Origin: Bilabrum cf. latius
Taxonomy: Eukaryota
Length of the DNA stretch: 64,000 nucleotides
Assembly (NCBI GenBank): GCA_965178125.1
Contig: OZ237748.1
Location: 744,001-808,000, forward strand
Direction: 5' to 3'
In this document: in pieces, positions 35,766 to 48,931 of the stretch
Layout: each line of letters opens with the position of its first letter
Position numbering within the stretch: position 1 is the first letter of the stretch
Made by a program: the position numbers and the translations under genes
Notes under the pieces: model-generated
What the model was told of the DNA's origin: nothing
Databases searched by the model: none
Seen by the model: the letters and a program-made list of their open reading frames with translations, nothing else

Positions 35766-37153
35766 ATTGTGGCATTGGCCAAGATCTGCAATTGGCGTTG
35801 ACCATCTGGTCTTTGTTATTATGGGAGTTTGGTTGGTTAGTGTCTATAGTTTAATGGACATTTCGTAGTAATACAGGTTTTGCAATAGTCTATGCCATCC
35901 TAGACGATTGTGGGAGATTCATATTGGGAGTTTGAATGAGAAGTTCTTCTAGGTTTGAGTGCAATCGTTTTGGGAGTTTGAGTGCAATCGTTTTGGATGG
36001 AGGGAAGAAGTAGCATTTCGGAATACAGCTTGGGATTTCGTGACACAACTTTGCATCGGTTTACCTACCAATGCATTGAGTGGCCGTGCACAGCACTGGG
36101 AGTTCACTTTGATACCTGGCCATACACACGCTTTCGACGTGGCATTACATACGGCAAAGGGCAATACCACGTCAGTGCAATACCCCACATGTGGGTAACG
36201 GCGGGGCAAGCACTGACTGGCAGTGAATCGATACAGGGCTGTTGCTCCGCGCTGTTAGCGGTTGTAACCGCTTCGCCAAGACAATCCAAGTCTTGGCAGA
36301 GCCGTGAGGCATGGTGACTCGGCAACCCATACCAGGGCTGCCCGACCACTAGCACATGACCTGGAGATAGAGCCAGGTCGGTCACTAGACACACGCGTGT
36401 CTACAAAGGTGGCAATACGCCACCGCCCTGAGAGCCAAGCATCGTAGCGAGGACTGTAGACCAAGACGAAACAATCTCGCAGTGATAGATCCCGTCAGTT
36501 GTGTGCCGTAGGTACGGAGGCACGTTACGAAGTGATTTAGATCGGAGAGATTGTGTAGTATTGGTCGCAAGTCCGAGCGCAGATGTGAGGCTCTCACTTG
36601 TTCGGAATTTCGGTGGCACCTGTGTTCTACAGCTGTGCCCCGATATTCTCAGTAATAATTGTCATTATGTGGCAATACACACTGGGAAGACAGGCAGGGG
36701 CAGCTCCAGAGGAGGTGATTCCCACTGCTTGTTGTTTTGAACCCACCCACCATCCCCGCAGTTACTACCACTGCAGCGCTACTTCAGCAGTGCCTACTAT
36801 CGCATCCCATCGCCAGTCTTTTCATTCGTAACTCATCACATTTTACCCGCCCACCTTCCCCCTTGGGCAAGCACTGACTGGCAGTGAATCGATACAGGGC
36901 TGTTGCTCCGCGCTGTTAGCGGTTGTAACCGCTTCGCCAAGACAATCCAAGTCTTGGCAGAGCCGTGAGGCATGGTGACTCGGCAACCCATACCAGGGCT
37001 GCCCGACCACTAGCACATGACCTGGAGATAGAGCCAGGTCGGTCACTAGACACACGCGTGTCTACAAAGGTGGCAATACGCCACCGCCCTGAGAGCCAAG
37101 CATCGTAGCGAGGACTGTAGACCAAGACGAAACAATCTCGCAGTGATAGATCC

Positions 37154-38936
37154 TACGACAAAACCCACGACGCAAACAATGCACAGAGGCGGAGTTGTCA
37201 CACCGCACAAGCAACACATGTCCCCGCAGTTCGTTCTTCCAATGATCACACAGGATCTCAATGCATCCGAGTTCGAGAGCCGAGATGTCGTTGGACAGTA
37301 GGCAGGTAGAATCCGGCCACGTGCCGTAGATGGCCTACGTGGCACCTGAGGGCCAGACCAAGTAGCCACCCCATCCATGCAGCGATGCGTCCGTGAACAT
37401 CACTGGATCGCGTTCGGGATCGTGCTGTCGCGGGAACGAGCGGCCATCCTGGTGCAGCAGGGCATGTCGCCACCATCGCAGGGTCCTCTGAACCTCGGCT
37501 GGAACGGAGAGTACCGAGGCGTGCTCGTTGGCATGCAGCCACGAGAACAGAGGTCTGCAGCGCGGTTTGGCAGGCAGGATGGCTTCTGCCACGTAGCACA
37601 GCAGGCCCACCAGCGATTCTCCCGTTGACCGACGGATCCCAGCCTGGGTGGCCCCCAAGATGCCGTCAATGAGCCCGACCGCCTTCGTGACCTTGGACGG
37701 CTGCACGTACACCTTGAACTCATCCAGCGCTACCGTGTACCCTAGGAAATCGAACCGAGGCCCCGGGGTGCCCACTTCCAGTGCTTTCGACTCGCTGACT
37801 TGGAGGCCCACTCGCGCAGCATCATGCACGAACTACATGGCCAAGTGATCAATCCGCGCCAACGGTGCCACTAAACCAAAATCATCCACGAAGGTCGACG
37901 TTGCAGTCGTGGGCCGCACAGGATCGAAATTCCAGCGCTCCTCAAAGGCGTCACCGAAGCAAGTCGTCGCCGTGGTGACGTGACCAGGGCTGCTCTTGTT
38001 GCCCATGCCGAGGCGCGTGCCGAGCAGCACCATGTCGCCGATGCGCAATTGCTGATACGGAATGTCACCAACAGCCAGCGGGAACTGCCAGAAGGCCTTG
38101 CTGAGGTCAATTGTCAGGCCCGCCAGGGGCTCGGAGGTGTGCTGCGAGATGCGCACGGCCTTGCGCATCAGCTCGCCGATCGATGCCATCGGGGCACTCG
38201 TCCAGCGCTCGTATTCGACTGCCACGTTGGCCCCCAACAGGGTGCCCGCCCGCTTGTCCGATGCATCCACCAAGAGCCGATAGTCGCCAACCTTCTTCTT
38301 AGGGATCGCAACCACCGCGCTTACCGGGGTGCTCGGTGCAGATGACGCTGCGATGGCCAACCTACGCGACTCACGCAGGCTGGCTCCCAGCTCGCAGTGC
38401 ACTGCAGCCGCAGCCTCAGTCGGGATGGAGTTTGTCGGCAGCTTGACCTGCTGCTGGACAGCTGCTGTGCGGCCCATCGGGAAACCGTGGGCAAATCCAC
38501 ACAGCGTCCGCTCAGCCGGTGACATGGCCTTCCAGTCCTTGGCTCGGAAGGTACGAGGCGGGCACGCTGCACGCAGGTACGTAGCCCACTGCACCTGCTT
38601 CGCTCTGGTGGCGCGTGCTGCTTCGGGGTCGCCCGTGAGCACCATGGGGTCCGCTGTCAGGTGGGCCACCAGTCGCTGGTGCTGTCTACCAAGCGCTGGC
38701 GGTGCCTCTTTGGCACGACTGCGCCCCTCCGCATCCTGCAGGGATCGCATCCAGGCTGCCCACGTTTGCGATGGCGCAGCTGAGTCATCCCAACTGCTAG
38801 GAACCCACGGTTCCACTGGCACGACAGACGAGGCGGATAGCCATTCGGCCCAGTCAGAAGTGCCCCACGTATTTCCTTGGCTTGAGCCCAGCAGCTCGTC
38901 CTCCTCCGATGGAGAACTGCTCAGATCTGAACTCAC
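37154..38936 (-). CDS. Reverse transcriptase plus N-terminal part of RNase H (5' limit uncertain)
   Basis: YRLLVD, IDLSKAFWQ, LGMGNKSSP, FVDDF, FTDAS, ISALEL and VRCDNS motifs in one frame across TAG 37833 and 37335. Confidence 0.92.
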
Positions 38937-39668
38937 GCCCTACCTCTCCGAGCTCCAGGCTCGGAGGACCCAACCACTGCCCCCGGCAGTGGGATCCACC
39001 AAGGCGTGGGATTGATTGTTCCCGATGCCTCGATGTAGCACCTGACACGCTGCGAAGGACAGCAGGGGCCGCTTACGGTCCACTACTGGCTTGCAGAGCT
39101 GCCAGTCAGGGTCACCTTGGCCCTGGTCGCGCACCCGTGGCGTAGGGGTGCGTGGCCGAAGCCTCGGTAACGCTGCTGACGTAGTCGATGCTGCAGGGTA
39201 GCTGACACGGATCTCCTGGGCCGCATGCACTGCTGCTGCACCCTCCGCTGGTACTTCCCCGCTGACTTGACGATGACGTCGTGGCTACTGTAACCACCGC
39301 TGCCCAATTGCATTAGTGACCACGTCCTGCCGTCCGAAACTGCCGTCGTATACGTTCCGCTCCTCATTCAGCTGTTGAGTGTTCCCCGACCCAACTGTCC
39401 GTTGCTGAAGCCATCCCGAGAAGCCGGCCACCGAAGCGACCGGCGCACAATCCTACCCACGGAAGGACAGGTCCTGTTGTACCAGAGGTGAGAGAAGTCC
39501 TCTGGCACGGCCCCGCCTCCATTCCCGAACACAGCGTTTGAGCCCCTGCTCCAGGCGCCGTGCATGTAGTCGCCGGAGGCGGCGCCTCTCCTGCGTGTAG
39601 AGGCGCCGCCGTCTCCTTGAAGGCCTGCCCGGCCGCCACCTGCTGTGGCGGCACGGGCGTGCTGGCCT

Positions 39669-41798
39669 TCATGAGGAGCCCTGGGCGAGCTCGATGGTCT
39701 TCTCCAGTTGGGCCACTGCCGCCGCCGTTCCGAGTGCTTGGCCCTGTGGCGTGCTGCTCAGCAGTGCTGGTCCGATGCCGTGCGGGCCCTCTGGGCACAA
39801 GCACGCACGGATGACCTGCACTACGCGGCCAGGCTCCACGCCTTCGAGCGGGTCAGAGTCCTCAAGGTCATCGCCCTTGAGGTACGCCGTGATCAGCGTG
39901 TGCACCTGGTCCCTCGCCGCCATCATATCGGCCTGACTGTTGGTGCGAATCGCTGGCACTGCGATTCCCATCTTGCCCTGCGCGGTCAGCACGATGGCAG
40001 TGAACACGTCCTTCGCTGCTGCACGAGACGTCTGGAGCCCTGTGCCGAAGCTGCCGCCTGCAGTGCGCGCCAGAAGCTGCAGCTTCCACAGCTGCCTGCC
40101 CCAGGACGCCAGGGACTGCGTGATTGCTGTCGCACCGGCATGAAACTCCTCAACATCCGCCTCAGGCCTGTACGGCGACATCGACTGGGCCGGTGGGGTC
40201 GGCCAGGCAGGTCCTGACGTGGCGTACGTTTCCACCACTGCTGTAACCGCCCGTGCATATGCCCGCACCAGTGCGTAGGTGAACAGCGCGAACGGCCGAG
40301 GGTGCACCAAGTCCTCATGTCTGGGCACCGCGAGATCAGGAAATAGCGGATCATCGCTCTTGAGCTGGAGCAGGTCTGCCCAGCTCTTCTTGATGCGCTC
40401 GTCATCCCCGGTGATTGCCGAGGCCAAGATGCCTGCCGCCTTCGTAAGGTACTTGGAGGTAGCTGCCAACGACATCCGCGGGGGGCAGTCGCTGCTCGCC
40501 TGCAGTGCTGCAATCAGCTCCGCCTTCGCGATCTGAACGAACATCCCCCGGAACTCGGTGGCTTTGATTTGGCCTGGCCCGTGATCACGGAGTAACGAAG
40601 CGGGGACAAACGCAGACTACACCACATCAGACTACACCACACCACGCACCAAGGACTCACCCGGGTCAGCTGCACCCGCACCCGTGGCCGCCGGTAGCTT
40701 CCGCTCCTTGGCATGGCGCCTGACGAGTGCGACCACCTGGTGGAGAGCCGGCATCTCCAAGCCTGTTTCAGCTGCTCGCTGCTGCTCATGCGTCACCCGT
40801 TCGAGGAACGCGATCGCCAATATAATGGCGTGCTCTTGGCTCTGTGGTGCATGCTGCATGCGCCGTCCCAGCGCCCGCAGCTGCTTCGTCATGGCCCCAT
40901 CGAGGGCGCGGAGAGTGGAGTCCGCCTCCGGCCATCCGCCCGCTGCCAACAACGCAGCCTCTACGGCCATCGACAGACGCATCTGTTCGTCCTCGGTCTC
41001 CTTCAGGGCCTACTGCCGCTCAGCCGTCCAGGGATGCAGCCACGCTCGCACCGCAGCGCTCCACTCGCTGGGCACCGCCGCCAGGCCGCCAAGGCTCGCT
41101 GCAGGCCCGGGGCCACTGCCTGGAGCGTGTGCAAGGGATTGATCGCGGGGAATTGACCCCAGCGGCTGCCGGGCCGGTGCTCGGCCTGCCTGCCGCGGCC
41201 GGCTGCCGGCACGAGGCCCGGCACCGGCACCTGCTGGAGCTCCACCCACAGCTCCACCCGCAGCCCCTGCTGCCGGGGCGCTTGAGGTCGACACCGCGCT
41301 CCCGGCGTGCGCATGTGCGTAGGCATCCTCCGCCTTGCGAGACAGTACGAAGGTGTCCGAGTCCTGCGCCGTTGCGGTCGGCTCAGGAAGTTCAAGCCAG
41401 GATGCGAAGGACGGGAAGGAGTCAGGCAGAACCGTGGAATAGGGTTGTCCATGCACGCCCTTCATGGTGACCACCGCTGTCAACAAGTATCGAATCATTG
41501 ATTCAATTATCTGTGCGCGCTTCGGAGACCCACGCCGTACGCCTTTGATGGCCTCGTTCCACTGCGCCTCTAGCGCGAGGAGCCGCTCTGCGGTAAACCC
41601 ACACACTCCGGTCACCGATGCCCATTGCATTGGATCAGACAAGGCCCCAAAGCATGCCTCAAAAAGGAAAATAGCACGTTGAAAACCGGGTTCTTTCAAG
41701 GCCAATGTCGTGAAAATGCCACGCCAAAACTGCTGAAGCCGCGCCATCACGCCCTAGCGCTCCGGCTGAACTGTATCTGCACCCGCACCCGAAGACAT
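39669..41798 (-). CDS. Retrotransposon ORF1 (gag-like), ~709 aa with 4 in-frame TAG
   Basis: ATG 41798 lies just after repeat A1. ORFs 41750, 40982 and 40544 share one frame, linked by TAG 41754, 41010, 40632 and 40617, ending TGA 39669. Confidence 0.72.
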
Positions 41799-41810
41799 GA
41801 GACCACAACA

Positions 41811-42071
41811 AAAAGAATTCAAGACGATCTGTCAGTCCTGAGCTCTTCCACCCCGAATGGAGGCGATTGACTGGAGAAATGCCAACCTCCACTCTTCGTG
41901 GCCTGCCTCTTCCGTTAATCAGATTACGATGTCTAACGCTACAATTCCTCTTCCCACCTACGGACAAGGTGTTGCGGCGTTCTCCTTCTTCGCAGAGCCA
42001 TCCTCATCGCACAGACGCTTATCATCTCATTTGACGTCAACAACGAATCAGACTCTGTCTCCTTAATACCA
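41811..42071 (-). repeat. Outer element 5' repeat A1
   Basis: Matches 25806-26066. Confidence 0.93.
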
Positions 42072-42077
42072 GAAAGA

Positions 42078-43917
42078 GTGGAGGTCACACCGCCAGCCCA
42101 AGCACCCTATCCTGGCAGCAAAGCACTCTTGGTAAGATGCAACATAAAATGCATATTCTCAACGACTGTATGGGGTCTATTAAAGCTCTTCAATGACCTT
42201 TTTTGCGACTTTTCTAAATCGAAGGAGGGCAAGAACGCATTAATGCGCATCGTTCTTACAAATGATCTAGACATACTCAAGAAGACTTTCCACCTGGATG
42301 CCTCGCGTGATCAAATTGATGCGAGAGATGCTGTGAGGATATTGTGCTGCGAATAGATGCTTGAACTGGCGATTACCACCAGCGGCTGTGAATCACCCCT
42401 CAGTGCTGATCTTCAATGCACGCAGCATGGTAACACTGCACTTCATTATGCAGCTCAGATAGGAAATGATAGAATAATTTCGATGCTTATACGCCGCTCT
42501 TCTGACCTACGGCCACAAAATAATGTGAGCGGGGTTAGAGAGGCATGTACAATCGAGTGGTATTCACGCAGTCCTTTGAAGCCTATCTTTCAAATTCCGA
42601 TTTATTTGTTTGAACAGCCATTAAGTTGCGATTGTTTCCAGGATGCAGGCCGGGAAGCTGCCCTCTGACCTGTGGACGCCGCGAAGTCCGGACGAAATAA
42701 GCTACTCGGGCATCGAGGCAGCTGCATCGACCGTGCCGATGATGGGCCGCTGGGTACACGCAGCAAAACCGCCGGGCAAGCTGAAATTGCTGTTCTCGTA
42801 GGGTGACAGCATTGTTCCAGCTGATGATGAAACGTCAGAGGCCGTGGGCGATATCGCGTAGATTCTAGAGCTAAGCAAAATTGTCGCTGACAACTCTCCT
42901 GAGCTGCATGGCTTGTACAGCAACTTGCGATGCGCTATACATGTCATGGCATCCTTCTTTCGATACGCCCTACGTTGCAAAACCGTCCAAGACGCAGCGG
43001 GAGCAATTCATCAGGCCGCCAAGCTCGCGTCTGCTACCCTCCACCTGGACAAGAACATTAACTCCCGCTAGATGCTTGCGTCGAAGAATTTTGGACTATT
43101 GAGCGGAAGCTTTGAGTCCAGTTTATACCTGGGTCCAATGACGTCTTTGCCAGGGTAGGATGTTAGCAAGTTCTACGTAGGTCTGATCACTGATTCTACC
43201 AAACTTGGAATTCAAGACAAGTTGGCACTGCTCATGTCCATGGCGCGAGATGGTCCTACTACTATCTCCATTCAGGTTGTACGAGATCTGTATAGTTTGG
43301 TGAAGGCCTTCGTATTTGAGCCTTTTCGAATTTTGGAGCCAGGCACCGGCAGTGCAACGATTGTGTAGACTTGCGCGTACTAGCTTGTTTAGCTTCTCCT
43401 TCGCACGAGGGTACAATCCGGAACCTTCGATGACCATACATTCGCGAGCATGACAGGATTTGCTTTTACGCGTGTTATGGAGGAGGCCAAGTACATGACC
43501 CCCCGAAAAAGGTCGGAAATTCTACATGCCGCAGGTCCTGTCTGGCAAGACGACAAGACCAGCTGGAGTACGTTTCCAGCGAGCGGCGAGCCGTGCATCA
43601 GCTATCACGGAGATGATACGGTGGTTAGTTCCCCGCTTTTAACAGAGCTTCGAGTTCGTGATCGACGCAAGCTGGTTCGCTGGAGGAGGGCAACCGAAGC
43701 AGAACGAGACGCGGGCAGGGTCTTCCGAGCGGCAAGCGAGGGGAGGCCCATGGAGCTGGAGAAGCGGCTGAGGCTGGGCAAGCTGGCCGGCGGGTTGCAG
43801 ATCAAGGGTTCGGTAGCAGAGAAGGGCGGGGCCAAGCGAATGATGCTCCCCCTCGATGCAGCCCGCCTTGGAGAGCATGACGAGTGCGTGAAGCTGCTGG
43901 AGGAGGCTCTGGCATGA
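42078..43917 (+). CDS. Ankyrin + central unknown domain + C-terminal module protein (5' end uncertain)
   Basis: Ankyrin exon 42426-42524 (GNTALHYAA); long last exon with several TAG; module ends TGA 43917. Confidence 0.78.
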
Positions 43918-44144
43918 CAAGTGCGACACGCCAGTTAATGGCCCTTCTTTGGACAACAGTTATTTTCTGACCGACAACGTGTATTTTTATTCACTCTGGT
44001 TCGTGGGCAGGTCGTTTTGCTGCTGGCAATGGCAAATCACAGTGGGGCGAGCGCAGCTTTTCAAGATGAAGACGCAAAACTTGAGATGTTCCAGTAGCAC
44101 TAGGACATTGGGATTCGCCGAGGCAATTTACTCTCCAAGGAGCC

Positions 44145-46209
44145 ATGATCCAGTCATGTCTGGCTTGCTTAGGATTTACAGATCAATCGTAGTCCCCAAG
44201 AACAGTATCAGTACTTGAGAATGACACTGGGCCACCATAGGCGGAGCGCACTGGGAGCGAAGCTGAACAGATACTGCACGCCCAGCTGGCCAATAATATG
44301 CTCCACAGCAAGCACTATTGGAAAGTAGGAGACAGTGTGAGGTATATTGTCAAGCTTTTGCTTCTTGCACATATCCACTATGCTATTCTGTTTGACACTT
44401 AAATTTACTCCAAAATTGCTATAATGCACCTGCAGCAAGGAAAGAATGCGCTGATGCATGCCGTGCTCGCTGGGGATTTAGATTTGTTTGAAATTAGTTT
44501 ATTCAGATGCGTTGCTGCTGGGCAGCAAGATGCCAAAGACAATGTGAGAGATGTGCTGATTCTGGTTCAACACTAGGACGAAGCAAACTACATCTACTCC
44601 AGAGGGAAAGTGACAGTTTAGCCCAGTTTGCACACGATCCATGCGACCTTGCAGAGTGGGAACACCGCGTTGCATTACGCAGCTAAGATGGGGCGGCACG
44701 ACATGGTTGCTATGCTGCTTCGCAATTGTACCGAACCGAGGCCATTAAATCACGTAAGTGATGGCTTTTTTTTTTTTTAGCGAGGACCGCGCAAAGCCTT
44801 ACAATTATTGCTCTAATAAACTCTGCGAAAGCCATATTATGTTTGCATGCCGCTAGTGAGTGCAGGAGGGCAAGAAGCCTATTGACCTGTGGCCAAGCAG
44901 GGGAGGGGGCGTGGGCCTCCGGTACAGCTTAATCGAGGCAGCGGCATCCAAAAAGCCTTGCGTTGGGCCAGTCGATCGTATCGTGTGTGGAGTGACAATT
45001 CCCATGAAACTTAGACTGCTCTATTGGCAAGGAGACAGCGTGAGTCCTCGGGAGGTCCTTGCATCGGGCGTGATCGGCGGAATCAAAGAGATGCTAGAAT
45101 ACAGCAAGACTCTTCCTGACAACTCGATGAAACATGTTGGGATTTACAGCGCACTGCGTTGCGGGTTGCACGTCGTCGCGGCTCTCCTACGACTCAGCTG
45201 CGCTACAAAATGCCAGCGTGAAGCCACCGATGGAATCCGGTCGGCTGCTAAGCTGGCCAGTGCGATTCTCCACCTGCCTGACAATAAGGACTCAAAACAG
45301 CTGCTAGTTAGGTAGAAGCACGGTATATTTAGTGCGAACAAAGAAGCAGTGCTATACACCGGGCCTACTACCAGGTTTCCGCCTTCTGGTGCTGGCAAGT
45401 TTGTCGTTGGTCTCCTCACCGATTCTGCAGAGCTTGGCATCTAGGACCTCGTGTCGGCACTCACGTCGAGGGTATTGACAAATAGACCATACGTTCCTCT
45501 CCAAGTTGTGCAGGGCCTGTTTCGGCTTACGGCGGCATTTGTGCTTGTTCCGTTCCGAATCGTCACCTGCACTCCAGGGTTGCACACGCCGGTGCAGACC
45601 AGCGCCAGGCAGATCATGCAGCTTCTGCTGACCACTCGCGTGCAGTGCGTGCCTAACGATGAGCAAGTGATAATTAACATGGGCAGGATGTGTATTGATG
45701 CAGTGGTAAAGGAATCGCGAGACTTTTGGTACGCAAAGACCGAGGATATTCTCCACCCCGTACCTTGCGAGGATTCAACGCCTATCTTCATTAACCCGCT
45801 TAGCGGTAAGCCCTGCTGCTACAACTATCCGGATGGTTAGTCAAAACATTTGCGCTCGTCTTGGGAAAATGAAGCTTCACGTCGAGATCGAATGAAACTA
45901 GCTCGATGGAGACGAGCAGTAGAGGCCAGGCGAGACGCAGGGAGAGTATTCCGCGCAGCTGCTGAGGGCAGGCCGCTTGAGCTGGGCAAGCGACTGAGAC
46001 TGGGCAGGCTGGCAGGTGGGTTGGAGATCAAGGGGAAAGTAGACGGTACTACTGCCTCTGTGGGACCGCTGTAGGCGGCAAGGCTTGGGGGGCATGCCGA
46101 GTGCGTGCGGGTGCTGGAGGAGGCTATTGCGGAACTGAAGGCCAATCACACACACACAGCCCTTCCGATGGTCACCAGAGGCCTACATGTAGTCTACCCC
46201 CACGCGTGA
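44145..46209 (+). CDS. Ankyrin + central unknown domain + C-terminal module protein
   Basis: Exons QGKNALMHAV.. and GNTALHYAAKMG... ORFs 44860, 45451 and 45850 are joined by TAGs; TGA 46207-46209. Confidence 0.78.
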
Positions 46210-46706
46210 AACTCGCGAGGACTAATGATATTCAGTATTGATGCCGGAGATGGATGTCTAGTTTCTGCTCCGGGTTGAGGTCCTCTGTGTTGGGCCATTG
46301 TAGCTTTGAGGAGGCTGGAACGGACTACCTGGTCGGCGGGAGTACATTGATGACAATCATGTCGATACTTATCCTCTGCTAAGTTAATCGAATTATTTTC
46401 GGCATGCAGAGACGACTATCTCCAGTTAAATCTATAGTTTCGGAAGATGAAGATTAAATTAACTAGACTAGAGTCTAGCCCGGGCTAGGCAGACTTCTGT
46501 ACGGTGCCTGGCCTGGTTTATAGAGACATGTTGACAGGCAGTTACAAGCAAAGTACTTCTATAAGGCACTGGTTACAACTGAGCTGGCATCAAACTTCTG
46601 GAGTTCCGTGTAGAACGTTCTATCTTCGCGAACCTTCGCTTCGAATTCCCCACCCAGATCTGTCCCCACCCCTTCCATTTATACTCCCACTATTAGGTTC
46701 TAAGTT

Positions 46707-48784
46707 ATGGATTCAACCATTCGATTAGGGCTCGCAGTATCTATTGATACGCGAAACTTACTACCAGACACAATTGATGATCTTAAAGGCGTCCATTGGA
46801 GGATGGTACGGCATCGTTCTAACGCAGTGGCGGTCGTCGACCTAACACAGTTTGTACAAAATTGTGGTGGGGCGAATATACCGCTGAATGGAGTAAGTAG
46901 ATTTCGCAATTATTCACTGCTTCGCAATGACTTTTTCCGGCAAGAAGGACTGAGGCGCTAGCGATGCGTCGGGTTTGTCCGGTTGGACAATATCTACTTG
47001 GTTGGTTTACTTGCATGCATCACGCAGGCCGGCCACAGCCTACCTATGATTGCCATTATTTGCAAGGATGTAGGAGTCTTGCTAGACATGATCGAACGTG
47101 GAATCAAGGTGGATGAAGCCGCTCGTGATTGTGTAAGCACATGTTACCCCGACCAAACTCTTTCATGGTGCCGCGTTGCTGTGTCTCTGCTCAGCTTATG
47201 CAACGCATTCATTTTATTTTATTTGTTCTTGTAGTTGATGAACAATGTTCTCCACCACGCGGCCTTGTCAGGAGATGAAGCCATCCTGGGGACGGTGTTG
47301 CGACTATGCAACGACATTGCGCCACTGAACGCGGTGAGTAGTACACGCAGAGTGCTGCCTATGTGTAGATGCAGTACGACCAAATGCAGATAATATTAAG
47401 CTGCGCGGCCATCATTTCGGAGCATGAATGCCATCGATCACCATCGGCCACCATCCAGAGCTAGACTAAAGAGTGCCCGTGTGCAACTGCCTCGCAGAAC
47501 GCGAAAACGCCAAGGGACCTGTGGCCCAGTTCTCAGCAAAGTTTCGATAGGGTCCTTGCCGAGACTGCCTCTTACCCTACACCAGCCATGTGCAAAGTAC
47601 CAGTCGCTCGGTAGTCGCACATCACACTCATGATGAAAATGACGAGAACGATGGAGGCGATGGACGTTAACCGGATCCGAATCATCAAAGAGCTTTTCTT
47701 GGTGCAGGACTTACTCGGCGCCATTCGCAACCGGTCTCATTCCATGACGCCCAGCGATGAAATCGTCCTGTACAGCATGTGCCGGTGCACTCTGCACGTC
47801 GTCTTCCGTCTGCTTGTCAATTGCATGGCCTCGCGAACGACTTGGGAAGCATGCGACAACCTACACTACGCTTGTCTTCTGTTAAAATGTGTGCTGCCGC
47901 GCCATGATGACCGCATGAAGCACCTTTGCAGAGTTCCGGAGCTGTGCTGCACAGCACGTCAGCCAGACCAGAACATCGGGTGGTATACTTGCACTGCCAT
48001 TCGCATACCAGATCACGAACCGGCCAATAAGTACCACCTGGGTCTTTTAACAGATTGCTTGAAGCTCAACATCCATGCAGCCACAGCGGAGGCCATATAG
48101 TCGGTGCATGCGCGGCATAGAAGTGATCCGTTTGTGCCGTCCGTAGTGTGTCAGGACGGTTGCAGTGCCATGGAACGTCTCGTGTTTGAGCCAGTCGCAC
48201 TGTTTCGAAATGCCGATCTTTTGCGTGCAGCTCGCCCCATGTTGTCTGCATTGGGAAGCCTATGTATGCAAACGAGAACAGCATCAGCGGAGCAGGTGAG
48301 CACGATTCTTACGCGCATGGTGCTGTTCGAGGCAGCCCAGATGTTTGTCCCGCGTATCGAGAGATCTGCTCTTCCTGGGCAACTTGACCAGACGAACTCA
48401 GAAGCAGCAATGGACGGACCCGAAGTGCCGTACTGTGCGACTCTTGATGAGCCACTGAGGCAGCCCACGCGAGAGTCGTTCATCAGCCAGTTAGACAGTC
48501 GCTTGGAAGAGATTAAGAAGAATGACAGAAGGACTATTGTGCGATGGCGAAGAGCCGCAGATGCTGAGCGTGACGCTAGGCTGGTGTTCAATGCTGCCAA
48601 AGATGGGAGACCCATGGAGCTAGAAAGACGGCTGAGGCTTGGCAAGCTGGCCGGTGGGCACGAGCGCCTTGGAATGATGGACCAGAATGGCAATCAAGAG
48701 GCATCATGGGCATGTCCCTTGGCGGCTGCTGTGCTTGGTGGGCACACAGAATGTATCCAGCTTCTGCAGCAAGTATTAGGCTAA
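46707..48784 (+). CDS. Ankyrin + central unknown domain + C-terminal module protein
   Basis: Exons at 46707, ~47028 and ~47235. ORFs 47630 and 48104 are joined by TAG; ends TAA. Confidence 0.72.
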
Positions 48785-48931
48785 ATTTTATTCGAACTCC
48801 AAAAAATACATGGTGAATCTTCACACAAGGTTCGGTCTGGATTGGCGAACGTTCTTCAGGTATTTCTGGTGAAGACTCACCGTGAAGAACGTCAAGTCCG
48901 GCCAGACTGCACAAAACTTGCAACGTTGGCA

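Larger units (their letters stand above)
27609..37153 (+). mobile_element. Nested non-autonomous split-direct-repeat element carrying satellite arrays
   Basis: X1 (27609-27858), internal region, Y1 (36204-36492), X2 (36493-36742), spacer, Y2 (36865-37153). X=250 bp, Y=289 bp. No recognisable RT or YR coding. Confidence 0.88.
25644..42071 (-). mobile_element. Ngaro-type (DIRS order) tyrosine-recombinase retrotransposon with split direct repeats
   Basis: On the minus strand: A1 (41811-42071), ORF1, RT/RNase H, YR, B1 (26067-26211), A2 (25806-26066), 17-nt spacer, B2 (25644-25788). A=261 bp, B=145 bp; no target-site duplication seen. Confidence 0.92.

Noticed and set aside
27781-35868. Many ORFs (up to 680 aa) in the satellite arrays
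   Set aside because: Unit lengths 329 and 128 are not multiples of three; the ORFs just cycle through frames of the repeat.
36204-37153. LTR pair or continuation of RNase H through 36843
   Set aside because: The repeats have the split A-BAB arrangement, and the true RNase H end lies at ~27480-27608.
38940-39671. Gag-pol fusion by readthrough of a single TGA at 39669
   Set aside because: The frame is open apart from TAGs, but the DNA is GC-rich and protein-like fragments are scattered over three frames, so indels are an equally good explanation.
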